A DNA stretch of 64,000 nt from a virus (IMGVR_UViG_2579779107_000005), one strand, 5' to 3'. Shown: positions 37,215 to 47,066, counted from the stretch's first letter. Notes: generated by a model from the sequence alone, not told the origin. Numbers and translations: made by a program.

Positions 37215-37540
37215 TGGGTGCCGGTACGGGGGTCGCGAGGCGAAAGGCCCGCGACTACGTGAGGAACGAGGCAGACCGGGAGTTCCAGCAGGCACACGAG
37301 GAGAGCGTCGACTTGAAGTGCCGGAAGCCCGGAGCTTGGAGGTACTACATCGGCTTCAAGCCGAGCCAGCGGCCCACCGCGGAGGGCGCGAAGCGCCTCT
37401 GCGCTGGTGTGGCCGGCGTCTCCGAGTCCTGCCCGCTGCTCGAAGCGTGTCGGGCCTTCGCCCACAATCTGCCGCCCGGAGTGGCGGACGGAGTGTGGGG
37501 CGGCCAGGTCTGGATCGACGGCGTTCTGCAGGCTGAATGA
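37214..37540 (+). CDS. WhiB-like (Wbl) transcription factor
   Basis: 108 aa. Four Cys including C-X9-C-X5-C (CAGVAGVSESCPLLEAC) followed by the Wbl-type G[VI]WGG turn (GVWGG). Confidence 0.6.
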   Translation: MGAGTGVARRKARDYVRNEADREFQQAHEESVDLKCRKPGAWRYYIGFKPSQRPTAEGAKRLCAGVAGVSESCPLLEACRAFAHNLPPGVADGVWGGQVWIDGVLQAE

Positions 37541-37804
37541 AATTAGTGGGCAATTGCCCCTTGCGTTAGCCCGCTAAACGGCATACCTTGATAGTCACAG
37601 GCAGTCACACAATGACCGCCCCGACCGGAGAGGAGGACCCGTGTTCTGGCAAAACTCGCGTAGGAGGTGAGTTGCTCCCCAGTGAACCCAATCGAACTGA
37701 GGAGCGACCACCATCAGAAGGCGCAGAAGGAATCGGCCGGGCGAGGCAGCTCTCCCTACGAGCTGCCTCCCCGGCCCCACCCATTAGAACAGGAGTTTCA
37801 CCGC

Positions 37805-38833
37805 GTGTCACACGACGACATGACCGAAGACGAGATGAGGGACCTGATGGTCCTGGCGCTCAACCCGACCACCGAGCGCGACCTCCAGATCGAGGTCGGC
37901 GCATCCAACCTGTCCAACCCGTGCGAGCGGTGCCAGGCATTCGAGCTGGTCGGCGTCGACCGCAGCGACCCGATCCTCGACAACGCCTGGGGCGGCCGAG
38001 TGATCGGCACCGCCATCCACAAGCACGCCCAGGGCAACCTCGACAAGGCGGCCGAGACCGCCAACCAGTTCGGCGACGACCTGGCGAAGCTCGGCTGGAT
38101 GTACCCGGGCATGGCACCCGAGAAGCCGGTGTGCCTCGGTGAGCTTCTGCCCGGCCGCACCATCACCTCGACTACCGACCTCTGGCTCCCCAGCCGTCGC
38201 ACCGTCGCCGACATCAAGAACACCGACCTGCGCCACCTCGCCTACTTCCGCGACGCGCTCTCGATCATGCGCGGCGATGGCCCCATCTTCGGGCGCGACC
38301 ACGAGTTCGTCGTGGTCTACGAGCTGACCACCGTCAAGTCCGGCCCGAGCAAGGGTCAGGAGGTCTACCGCAAGGCCAGCAAGGGCGTCTCCGAGCGCGC
38401 CTACGCCGAAGGCATCGCCATGGCGCAGTACAAGATCACCCAGTACCTCCGCCAGCTCCACCTCTACGGGTACGCCCTCGAGCTGGGCGGCGAGACGGTC
38501 AAGCTGCTCTTCATCAACTTCGTGGCCCGCGACTCCGCCATGACCGTCGACAACATCGGAACAGCCCGCTATTTCGAGGTCAACGCGCCCCGCGGCATCT
38601 CCGCCCACCGCTTCGTCTACAGCCGCGACTACGCCGCAGGCATCTGGAAGGAGGCGCAGGCCAAGGCCAAGGCGCTCGACGACGGCAGCAAGGAGCCGCT
38701 CGACTACATGGCACACCCGCTGTGCCTCGTCTGCTCCAGCGAGGAGACCCGCCTCTCCCGCGCGTCGGTCACGGTCGAGGCCCCGACCATCACCGCGGTC
38801 GATGAGTGGGCTGTCCCGGCGGTGGCCGCGTGA
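37805..38833 (+). CDS. RecB/Cas4-like nuclease (PD-(D/E)XK fold with Cys cluster)
   Basis: N-terminal CERC and C-terminal CLVC Cys pairs flank a core with nuclease-like acidic/lys motifs. Start GTG 37805 (AGGAG 9 nt upstream) or ATG 37820. Confidence 0.45.
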   Translation: MSHDDMTEDEMRDLMVLALNPTTERDLQIEVGASNLSNPCERCQAFELVGVDRSDPILDNAWGGRVIGTAIHKHAQGNLDKAAETANQFGDDLAKLGWMYPGMAPEKPVCLGELLPGRTITSTTDLWLPSRRTVADIKNTDLRHLAYFRDALSIMRGDGPIFGRDHEFVVVYELTTVKSGPSKGQEVYRKASKGVSERAYAEGIAMAQYKITQYLRQLHLYGYALELGGETVKLLFINFVARDSAMTVDNIGTARYFEVNAPRGISAHRFVYSRDYAAGIWKEAQAKAKALDDGSKEPLDYMAHPLCLVCSSEETRLSRASVTVEAPTITAVDEWAVPAVAA

Positions 38834-39705
38834 TCGAACTCAGGACAATCATCGGGACGGGCTTCGTCACGACTCCGACGTTCGAGGCGATGCGCTTCCC
38901 GGCAGGGGAGTCGCACGTCAAGATCGCTAACGAGAACGCCGGCAAGGGGTCGCTCACCGAGGTGGCGCGGCTCTACGGTCACGACCCGGCCGACCTGTTC
39001 ACCTTGGCGATGTGGGCGGACGCCGTGCACCAGCGTGGTTCTCGCGCCGTCGCCCAGATTCCCTACCTGCCGGGCGCCCGCGCCGACCGCGGGCTCCCGT
39101 TCGGAGCCAAGGTCTACGCGAAGTTCCTCAACGAGCTGCAGCTCGACAAGGTGGTCGCCGTCGACGTGCATTCGCCCGTCATGGAGAACCTCGTCGAGCG
39201 GCTCGCCGTCGTCGACTCTGCCCCCATCATCCGCCGGCAGGTCGTCGGACGCCCCGACCGCGACGAGCACGCCCAGCGCCACACCGGCATCATCGCCCCC
39301 GACAAGGGAGCGCGCCGCCGTGCCGAAGCGGTCGCCGCCATCTGTGGGCTCCCGGTCTATCAAGCCGAGAAGCACCGCGACGAGGCCACCGGCAAGCTCT
39401 CCGGCTTCTCATGCGAGCCTCTTCCCGAGGACGGCAAGTTCCTCGTCGTCGACGACATTTGCGACGGCGGCGGGACCTTCATGGGGCTCGCTGCCGCCAC
39501 CGGGGTGCCCAGAGAGCGACTCGACCTCTGGGTGACGCATGGCGTCTTCACCGGCGCCGCACCCGCCCTGCGCCACCGCTTCGGCCACCTCTGGACCACC
39601 GACTCGTTCTCGAGCCCGCTGCTCAAGGAGGACTGGCTGCCGGTCCCCGCCAACTTCCTCACCCGCATCTCCCTCGCCCCCTACATGAACGGAGCCCTTC
39701 TGTGA
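38830..39705 (+). CDS. Prs-like phosphoribosyltransferase (ribose-phosphate pyrophosphokinase / possible ADPR-PP synthetase)
   Basis: PRPP-binding loop FLVVDDICDGGGT. Prs-like length (about 291 aa). GTGA-overlapped with the upstream gene and overlaps the NAMPT-like gene. Confidence 0.65.
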   Translation: MIELRTIIGTGFVTTPTFEAMRFPAGESHVKIANENAGKGSLTEVARLYGHDPADLFTLAMWADAVHQRGSRAVAQIPYLPGARADRGLPFGAKVYAKFLNELQLDKVVAVDVHSPVMENLVERLAVVDSAPIIRRQVVGRPDRDEHAQRHTGIIAPDKGARRRAEAVAAICGLPVYQAEKHRDEATGKLSGFSCEPLPEDGKFLVVDDICDGGGTFMGLAAATGVPRERLDLWVTHGVFTGAAPALRHRFGHLWTTDSFSSPLLKEDWLPVPANFLTRISLAPYMNGALL

Positions 39706-41222
39706 GCGCCATTGCGCCCCTCCTCGAGACCGACGCCTACAAGCTCGACCACCGGCGGCAGTACCCCGCCGGGACCAGCAGGGTGTACTCGAACTTCACC
39801 AACCGCGGCAGCCGCATCCCCGGTGTGACGCACGTCGTCCACTTCGGCCTGCAGGCGTTCCTGCAGCGCTACCTCATGGACGGCTTCAAGGCGTTCTTCG
39901 CCGCCGACGAGGACGCTGTGGCCCTGGCCTACGAGCGCGCCGTCGCGTCGATCCTCGGCCCGAACGACGTCGGCTCCGACCATATCCGCGCACTCCACCA
40001 GCTCGGTCACATCCCGCTCCGCTTCGCCGCGGTGCCCGAGGGCACGCCTGTCCCGCTGCGCGTCCCGTCGTTCACCGTCGAGAACACCCACCCGGACTTC
40101 TTCTGGCTCACCAACTACATCGAGACCGTGCTCAGCGCGTCCGTGTGGGGGCCGTCGACGAGCGCCACGATCGCCCGCGAGTACCGCAAGGTGCTCGACG
40201 ACGCGGCCGAGCGCACGGGTGGCAGCAAGGAGGCGGTGGACTTCCAGCTCCACGACTTCTCCTACCGCGGGATGCCCGGCACCGAGGCGGCAGCCGCATC
40301 CGGCGCCGGCCACCTCCTGAGCTTCAAGGGCAGCGACTCCCTCGCCTCCCTCGAGTGGATCGACACCTACTACGGCGACAACCCGTGGCGCACGGACCTC
40401 TACCCGTCGCACACCGGCCTGCCGAACGGCCTCATCCTCGGCAGCGTGCCGGCCACTGAGCACAGCGTGATGTGCGCTGGCGGACAGGACGACGAGGAAG
40501 AGACGTACGAGCGCCTGCTCGAGCTGTACCCCAGCGGCATCGTCTCGATCGTCTCCGACACCTGGGACCTCTGGCACGTCGTCATGAGTATCCTCCCGCG
40601 GCTCCGCCACGACATCATGCAGCGCGACGGCAAGGTTGTGATCCGCCCCGACTCCGGCGATCCCGCGGACATCATCTGCGGCACGCGGCGCACGAAGCGC
40701 GGCTACAACGACGCGGCGGGCACCCCAGAAGAGGCCGGCCTGATCGAGCTGCTGTGGGAGATTTTCGGCGGTACGACGGTCAAGGGCCTCAAGGTGCTGG
40801 ACCCGCACATCGGTGCGATCTACGGCGACAGCATCACCATCGACCGGGCGCGCGACATCATCGAGCGTCTCGAGGCGAAGGGATTCGCGCCGAGCAACAT
40901 TGTCTTCGGTGTCGGCTCGTACACCTACCAGTACGTCACCCGCGACACCTTCGGGTCCGCGATCAAGGCGACGTACGTCGTGGTGGATGGCGAGGGTCGC
41001 AACATCCAGAAGGCGCCCAAGACCGACAACGGCCTCAAGAAGAGCGCCACGGGCCGCCTGGCGGTGGTGCGCTCCAACGGCGAGCTGACGCTTATCCAGG
41101 AGGCTTCGCCGGCCCTGGAGGCCGTCTCGGAGCTGCAGCCGGTCTGGGAGGACGGGCAGTTCATCACCTACCAGTCCTTCGCCGACGTGCGGCGCCAGCT
41201 CGCGCTCTCGACGGATGGCTAG
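39701..41222 (+). CDS. nadV: nicotinamide phosphoribosyltransferase-like (NAMPT/NadV family, possible Namat)
   Basis: About 506 aa. N-terminal TDAYKLDHRRQYP signature of NAMPT and conserved downstream blocks. Confidence 0.8.
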
Positions 41223-41340
41223 GAAGCACTACACCGGCGACTGCCCCCGCTGCGGCCAGTCGACCAAGGACCGGACGTGCCCTGTGTGCACAGATTGCCG
41301 GCAAACCATGAGCGCACTCGAGTTGGACGCCTGGCGATGA
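41215..41340 (+). CDS. small zinc-ribbon protein (not in ORF track)
   Basis: 41 aa (MARKHYTGDCPRCGQSTKDRTCPVCTDCRQTMSALELDAWR). Overlaps the NadV stop. Confidence 0.3.
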   Translation: MARKHYTGDCPRCGQSTKDRTCPVCTDCRQTMSALELDAWR

Positions 41341-41578
41341 CCACTCGAGACGCCCTGCCCCAGCCGGGGGACCCGGAGTACGGATTCCGGTGCCCCCGGG
41401 TGTCGGGCAGCCTGCACCATGCCCAACACGCAAGTCATCGAGTGCATCAGTCCCTACTGCGACTGGATCGGCGGCTCGCCCTGAGCTTGACCACAACATC
41501 TTGTGGTGCTGTATGGTCGCCAGCAGACCAACTTGAAATTGCTGGCTAAATCGCTATCGTCAAAGACCTGGAGGAAAT

Positions 41579-42568
41579 GTGACTGACACCATGACGACCA
41601 CCGCCCCCGCCCCGGCTCCCGAGGCTCCCGCCCCGGCCGCCCCGGAGCCCACGCCCGCCGCCGAGGCGCCCGCCGCAGTCATGCAGCGCTCGCTCGGAGA
41701 CCTGGCCGACCTGATCGGTCTCGAGGTCGAGGACTCGGTGGAGCTGGGCCTGCCCTCCTGCATCGCCATCATCGCCGACGCCGGCGCGGGCAAGACCACG
41801 CTCGCCGGCGGCATCATCAAGGTCCCGCTCTTCCGCAACGCGAAGATCGCCTACATCGACGTCGAGAAGGGCACGAGCGTCTGGGCTCAGGACCCGCAGA
41901 TCATGCACGCCGTGCAGAGCGGACAGATCACGCGGTTCTCGATCGACAAGACAGACCCGATCAAGGCGAAGGGGCAGCTCGACAAGCTCCTCGGCTACAA
42001 GGACGACAACGGCCAGAAGCACGTCGGCGCGCTCTTCTCCCCGGCCTTCGGCGTCGACGTCATCATCATCGACACGTTCGACACCCTGCAGGAAATCGGC
42101 AAGGACTTCTTCATGGCGACGACCCGCACCCAGGACGGCCGCCAGGACACCCAGGGCGCCTACGGCAAGCTCGCGCCGTGGACCACGGACATCCTGTGGG
42201 AGCTGCAGCACGGCAAGCCGTTCGGCCTCGTCCTCTCGCACGGCATGGAGAAGAAGGACAAGAAGACCGGCATCGACAAGCTCTCGATGAAGCTCGCGGG
42301 CTCGGCCAAGGAGTCGGTCGCCTCGATCCCGGACCTCGTGGCGTACATGACCTGGCAGGAGAAGGAGGACGAGGAGCCGCGCCAGACCCACCTCGTCGCT
42401 CACATGAGCCAGTCGGCCGAGGTCACGGTGAAGAACCGGTACGGCTTCGACGGCCCGATGTGGGACTTCTCGCTCCCCGTGCTCTTCGCCGCGATCGACC
42501 AGAAGATCGCCGCCAGCCAGGGCGTCATCGACGCCTTCACCCAGGCCAACACCCCGGCCGTCGCCTAA
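41579..42568 (+). CDS. RecA-like AAA ATPase (Sak4-like recombination/replication ATPase)
   Basis: Walker A IIADAGAGKT and Walker B VIIIDTFD. Ala/Pro-rich N-terminal linker. GGAGGA RBS. Confidence 0.65.
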   Translation: MTDTMTTTAPAPAPEAPAPAAPEPTPAAEAPAAVMQRSLGDLADLIGLEVEDSVELGLPSCIAIIADAGAGKTTLAGGIIKVPLFRNAKIAYIDVEKGTSVWAQDPQIMHAVQSGQITRFSIDKTDPIKAKGQLDKLLGYKDDNGQKHVGALFSPAFGVDVIIIDTFDTLQEIGKDFFMATTRTQDGRQDTQGAYGKLAPWTTDILWELQHGKPFGLVLSHGMEKKDKKTGIDKLSMKLAGSAKESVASIPDLVAYMTWQEKEDEEPRQTHLVAHMSQSAEVTVKNRYGFDGPMWDFSLPVLFAAIDQKIAASQGVIDAFTQANTPAVA

Positions 42569-42597
42569 CCACCAACAGCGAAAGAGAGAACACCACC

Positions 42598-43305
42598 ATG
42601 GCACTGTCCCAGGCAGTTATGGACGCCTTCAACAAGGGCGGCAACGGAGGAGGGCGTCAGCCGGCGCTCCCCGACAACAGCAGGGTCAACGTCACCATCG
42701 TCCCGAGCAAGAAGGACATCGGCTACATCGAGCGCGAGCCGATGACCGAGAAGGACTCCCCGAACGCCCGCATCCGCGTCCTCCGCATGCGCTTCGTGAT
42801 CCCGGAAGGCGAGCAGCACGCCAACCGGAACTTCTTCGCGAACATCCCCGAGGAGTTCGAGGTCTGGTCGGACAAGAACGGCGGCCTCGTCCCGTCGTAC
42901 CTGACCATCGGCCTGATGAAGGCCCTCGGCTACTCCCTCGAGCAGCTCGACGACGACACCGTGAAGAAGATCACCGACCGGGAGCTGCTGAACAAGCGCC
43001 TGCAGCTCGTGCTCGGCGTCGAGGCGGACACCCGCTTCGACGCGGCGGACGCCGACGAGGCCGCGAAGGCCGCCCAGAACCCGCTCTACGCGATGCGCAA
43101 CACGGTGAAGTTCATCAACGCGCCGTCCGCGTCGTCGAGCGCGCCGCGGGCGAGCGCTCCGGCCGCCGGTGGCATCCAGGGCGGCGTGCCGCGCGCCACC
43201 GCCCCCGCCGCTGGCGCCCCGCAGGCCGCGGTCGACCCGTGGGCCGCCGCCGGCGCGCCGGGTGCCGCCACCGACCCCTGGGCCGCCGCCACCCAGACGG
43301 TCTAG
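42598..43305 (+). CDS. hypothetical protein (ATPase partner)
   Basis: 235 aa. C-terminal Ala/Pro-rich tail with repeated DPWAAA. Confidence 0.45.
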   Translation: MALSQAVMDAFNKGGNGGGRQPALPDNSRVNVTIVPSKKDIGYIEREPMTEKDSPNARIRVLRMRFVIPEGEQHANRNFFANIPEEFEVWSDKNGGLVPSYLTIGLMKALGYSLEQLDDDTVKKITDRELLNKRLQLVLGVEADTRFDAADADEAAKAAQNPLYAMRNTVKFINAPSASSSAPRASAPAAGGIQGGVPRATAPAAGAPQAAVDPWAAAGAPGAATDPWAAATQTV

Positions 43306-43396
43306 CAGTAGCCAGCTAAATCGGGCCGCTGCGCACCGATCATCACTCCCCATGTGGGTAAAGACGATCCGGTCGAGATGCGCAGCGGTCCCATCG

Positions 43397-43484
43397 TCCT
43401 CGTAGCTCAGCAGGCAGAGCACTGAGTCGCCGGCGCCGGCGCGAACGAGACAGAGGCCGCGGGTTCGAACCCCGCCGAGGACGC
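43397..43484 (+). tRNA. tRNA-like element (atypical or degenerate; anticodon arm not canonical)
   Basis: Canonical acceptor pair GTCCTCG/CGAGGAC, D-arm TAGCTCAGCAGGCAGAGC and T-arm GCGGG-TTCGAAC-CCCGC. The 37-nt middle is a GC palindrome (GCCGGCGCCGGC) with no 5-7-5 anticodon stem-loop that I could find. Confidence 0.35.
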
Positions 43485-43556
43485 TCACCAAGCCGCCACA
43501 CCCCTGCCTGACCCGAACGGGTGGGGGTGTGGCCTCATCGAGAGGAACCCCCAGTA

Positions 43557-46052
43557 GTGCAGAGGAAGAGCCTCGCGATCGTCGACTATGCAGCCCTGGC
43601 AGCAGAGTCGGGGCTCAAGGTCGTACCGCTCACCCCGGTCGGCAAGATTCCCTGGGTCCAGAACTGGACCGAGGCCGCATCCACCGACGTCGACCAGGTG
43701 TACGCCTGGTTCCAGCAGAAGCCCCAGTCCAACTACGGCATCTGCACGGGCTACGACGGCCTCTTCGTCATCGACCTCGACGGACCAGAGGCGATCGCCT
43801 GGTGGCGCGAGCAAGGCTTCCAGCCCGGCGTCGAAGTGATGACGCCCAACGGCGGCATGCACGTCTACTACCGCGCCCCCGAGGGCTTCGAGGTGCAGAC
43901 GAACCAGAAGAAGCTCCACCACAAGGTCGACGTGCGCGGCGTCGGCGGACAGGCCGCCGGCCCGGGCTCCGTGCTCGGCACCGGGACGTACCGCGGCGAC
44001 GTCGAGGCGATCGCCGAGGCCCCCGAGGCTCCGCCAGAACTCATGGCGATCATCCCGGAAAAGCAGAGCTACACGCAGGTCGCCCCGACCCGTGAGGAGA
44101 AGGTCGAGGAGGCGCACGAGCGAGAGCGCGCAGGCGTCGCCTACATCATCCAGAAGCTCCAGAGCCTCCCCTCCGTCTGGGCCAGCGGCGCCGGATGGCA
44201 CGACACCGTGCGCGACCAGGCGATGTGGCTCTCCCGCATGGTCAACTCCAACGACTACGCCATGACCGAGGACGCCGCCCTCACGATCCTGCTCACCCAC
44301 ACGCCGACCTACCCGAGCTGGGGCGAGGACAAGGTCATCCTCTACTGGGAGGACGCCAAGAAGCGCACCATCGGCCAGTTCGCGCCGCCGCCCGGCGAGG
44401 AAGACGACATCCCCGGCCTGCTGCCGCTCTTCAAGGCGCAGGAAGGAGTGCCGACGACCGATTCCCGTGGGCGCGACTTCATGGACCTCGTGTGGACGCC
44501 GCCGGCAAGCGACACGGACGGCGCCTTCTGGGATCGACGCAGACAGATCATGCTCGAGTCGCTGCGCGCCGGCCTCGACATCCAGCAGGCGTTCTCCCTG
44601 ACCGCAGGCTCGGTCGCCGCCGAGATGCTGATGCGCGAGCACGATGGTCGCCTCACGCTGTGGAAGGAAGCCAAGAAGCACATCCGCGACTTCCAGAACG
44701 AGCAGGTCACGGGGCTCCCGACTCAGGAGCCCGACACGCTCGACGTGCCCGTCGAGCTGGGAGATGTCGACCGCCTCGAACTGCTCACCCGACTCGAGCG
44801 CGAGGCGATGTTCGCCGACCCCGACAAGTACCGGTGGATCGGCACCCGCTACCTCGAGTGGGTACGCGACTCCGTGAAGCTCGCCAACATGCCCTACCAC
44901 CGCCTGCACGTCTGGATGAACCTGTCCGTCGTCTTCGGCATGCTCGCGTACATCCCACGCGAGGGCAAGAAGCTCGGCGTCAACCTCTGGGGCTTCATCA
45001 TCGGCGACTCGTCGACCGGAAAGACCGAGGCTCTCGAGAAGGCCGAGAGCGTGATCGACGCCTACTTCAAAGACGACGACGTGAACCTCGGCGCAGACGC
45101 CACCACAGAGGCCCTGCACGACGCCCTGATCGGCCGCGACGGCAAGCCGAGCTACCAGGTCATCGACGAGGCTCACGGCCTCCTGGGCGACCTCAGCGGC
45201 TCCAAGGGATTCCGCGGCGACCTCATCACCCGATGGACCGAGTTCTACGAGGGCAAGGTCCGCGCCTCGCTGCGCAGCACGAAGAAGGAAATCAGCGGCA
45301 AGGCCGCCACCACCTCCTTCTCGCTCCTCATGCAGGGCACCTCGGAGAAGATGCGGAAGGCCATGAACACCTCGCTGTGGGAGTCCGGCTTCCTGGTGCG
45401 CGCGCTCTTCGTCATCGGCGAGAACATCGAGCCCTCCGAAGAGGACCTCGACGTCCGCCTGATCGAGGGCGACGCCGACGCGGCGTACAACGCCATGCCG
45501 CGTCAGTTCGCCGCCGAATGGCAGAACACCCGCAGAAGGCTCCAGGGCCGCTATGGCGACGACCCGATCAAGATGGAGTTCGAGGCGGACGCCCTCGCCC
45601 GGCTCAACGCCGCGATGAGGCGCATGCGCGCGGACCTCAAGACCAGGCCGAACCAGGTGGCCCTCAAGCCGTACGCGGCCCGATTCCCGAACCAGGTACT
45701 CAAGATGGCGGCGCTCGTAGCGCTCTCCGAAGCCCGTGTCACCGTGAGCGAGAGAGACGTTCTCATCGCCCTGCACGCGAGCGAGGAGTTCCTCACCGCC
45801 GCGATCATCATGGCGAAGCTCACCACCGACACCGACTTCGCGCAGAAGGTCGACGCCGTGGAGAAGCTCGTCGCCGAGCGCGGCGGAAAGCTCGAGCTGA
45901 ACAAGGTCTACAGGCACTTCTCGGAGCCCGTCTTCGAGGTCAACAAGTGGATCGACCAGCTCGTCGCCGAGAGGCGCGTCACCAAGACCAGGCCGATCAC
46001 CGGCGACTTCACCATCAACCTCATCAGAGACACGGAAAGGATGGCGGCATGA
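43557..46052 (+). CDS. bifunctional primase-polymerase (PrimPol) with C-terminal D5-like helicase/ATPase
   Basis: N-terminal Prim-Pol motifs (LFVIDLDG, GGMHVYY). C-terminal Walker A GDSSTGKT. About 830 aa. GTG start with GAGAGGAA RBS. Confidence 0.7.
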   Translation: MQRKSLAIVDYAALAAESGLKVVPLTPVGKIPWVQNWTEAASTDVDQVYAWFQQKPQSNYGICTGYDGLFVIDLDGPEAIAWWREQGFQPGVEVMTPNGGMHVYYRAPEGFEVQTNQKKLHHKVDVRGVGGQAAGPGSVLGTGTYRGDVEAIAEAPEAPPELMAIIPEKQSYTQVAPTREEKVEEAHERERAGVAYIIQKLQSLPSVWASGAGWHDTVRDQAMWLSRMVNSNDYAMTEDAALTILLTHTPTYPSWGEDKVILYWEDAKKRTIGQFAPPPGEEDDIPGLLPLFKAQEGVPTTDSRGRDFMDLVWTPPASDTDGAFWDRRRQIMLESLRAGLDIQQAFSLTAGSVAAEMLMREHDGRLTLWKEAKKHIRDFQNEQVTGLPTQEPDTLDVPVELGDVDRLELLTRLEREAMFADPDKYRWIGTRYLEWVRDSVKLANMPYHRLHVWMNLSVVFGMLAYIPREGKKLGVNLWGFIIGDSSTGKTEALEKAESVIDAYFKDDDVNLGADATTEALHDALIGRDGKPSYQVIDEAHGLLGDLSGSKGFRGDLITRWTEFYEGKVRASLRSTKKEISGKAATTSFSLLMQGTSEKMRKAMNTSLWESGFLVRALFVIGENIEPSEEDLDVRLIEGDADAAYNAMPRQFAAEWQNTRRRLQGRYGDDPIKMEFEADALARLNAAMRRMRADLKTRPNQVALKPYAARFPNQVLKMAALVALSEARVTVSERDVLIALHASEEFLTAAIIMAKLTTDTDFAQKVDAVEKLVAERGGKLELNKVYRHFSEPVFEVNKWIDQLVAERRVTKTRPITGDFTINLIRDTERMAA

Positions 46053-46498
46053 CCGCGAAGTACAAGGTCGACGAGGCGGTGCGCCGCACGAGGCTCCGCG
46101 CGCTGGAGACCGCGCTGCAGCACGTCCGCGCCGACTACACGGAGCGGGGCGACAAGATCACGGCCGCCGAGGAGCTGCTCGGCTATCGGGTGTTCACCAC
46201 CGCGCAGGTCGCAGGCTGGCTGGGACTCACAACCTACGCGCTCGAGGGGCGTGCGCAGGAGTTCGAGGACGCCGGCCGCGCCGAAGGCTGGGGATGCCGC
46301 CAGCTCGAGGTCGACCAGCTCCCGACGGCAATCCAGCTCGCCAAGGCCGGACTCTCCGAGTCCAAGCCGAAGACGCTGATCTTCGACGCCCACACCAAGC
46401 ACGGGATGACGTTCGACATGATCGGCGGCCTGCTCTGCCAGCACAAGAACACCGTCCGCCGCATCGTCAGAAGGATCGAAGGCGAGCCCTGGACGTGA
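46049..46498 (+). CDS. HTH DNA-binding protein
   Basis: 150 aa. Probable helix-turn-helix (FTTAQVAGWLGLTTYALEGRAQ). Basic C-terminus. Confidence 0.45.
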   Translation: MTAKYKVDEAVRRTRLRALETALQHVRADYTERGDKITAAEELLGYRVFTTAQVAGWLGLTTYALEGRAQEFEDAGRAEGWGCRQLEVDQLPTAIQLAKAGLSESKPKTLIFDAHTKHGMTFDMIGGLLCQHKNTVRRIVRRIEGEPWT

Positions 46499-46628
46499 GC
46501 GCGATGGGCGCCCACCCCGCCGGCGCCGACCTCGTGACCAGGCTCAGCCGAAGATGCCGCGAATACGAAGAGACGATCGCCGATTTGCGAGAGCGGATCG
46601 ACGAACTCGAGAACAGATAGGAGGCCCC

Positions 46629-47066
46629 ATGTCGAATGCCGTACCCGTCCTCCCGCTCGCCTGCCACCCGTACCCAGTGCCGCCCATCGTCGTCCAGGCG
46701 ATCAAGGAGGCGAAGGAGTACCTCTGCGCGCGAGACGGGCTCCAGTTCAAGGTCCAGATCAGCGAAGGAGTGCAGGCCAACCCCACGCGAGTCCTCGCAC
46801 TCAACGGGCCGCCGCCGTTCCTCTGCGACGCGGCGAAGGTGCGCAACTGGCGCGACAAGGAGGAGCTGGCGTTCTGGATCGAGTGGGTGCTCGACGAGGC
46901 CCGACCGGTCGAGGAGGGCTTCACACAAGTCGAGTGGCTCGGCCAGTACCTCCCCGGCATCCGGGACATCACCGACGAGGTAAACGGATGGGACCTCATG
47001 GTCCAGACCGAGACGTTCCTCGAGAAGGAGAGGGAGAGGGAGCGCCGTGGCGTGGGATTCCGCTGA
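46629..47066 (+). CDS. hypothetical protein
   Basis: 145 aa. GGAGG RBS. Confidence 0.45.
   Translation: MSNAVPVLPLACHPYPVPPIVVQAIKEAKEYLCARDGLQFKVQISEGVQANPTRVLALNGPPPFLCDAAKVRNWRDKEELAFWIEWVLDEARPVEEGFTQVEWLGQYLPGIRDITDEVNGWDLMVQTETFLEKERERERRGVGFR

Noticed and set aside
37541-37580. Two adjacent TTAGC-family motifs upstream of the nuclease gene as a possible small RNA
   Set aside because: Too short and not flanked by a terminator. Better explained as a double operator.
43397-43484. Calling this a bona fide tRNA with a specific anticodon
   Set aside because: I could not construct an anticodon stem-loop by hand, so it is reported only as tRNA-like.
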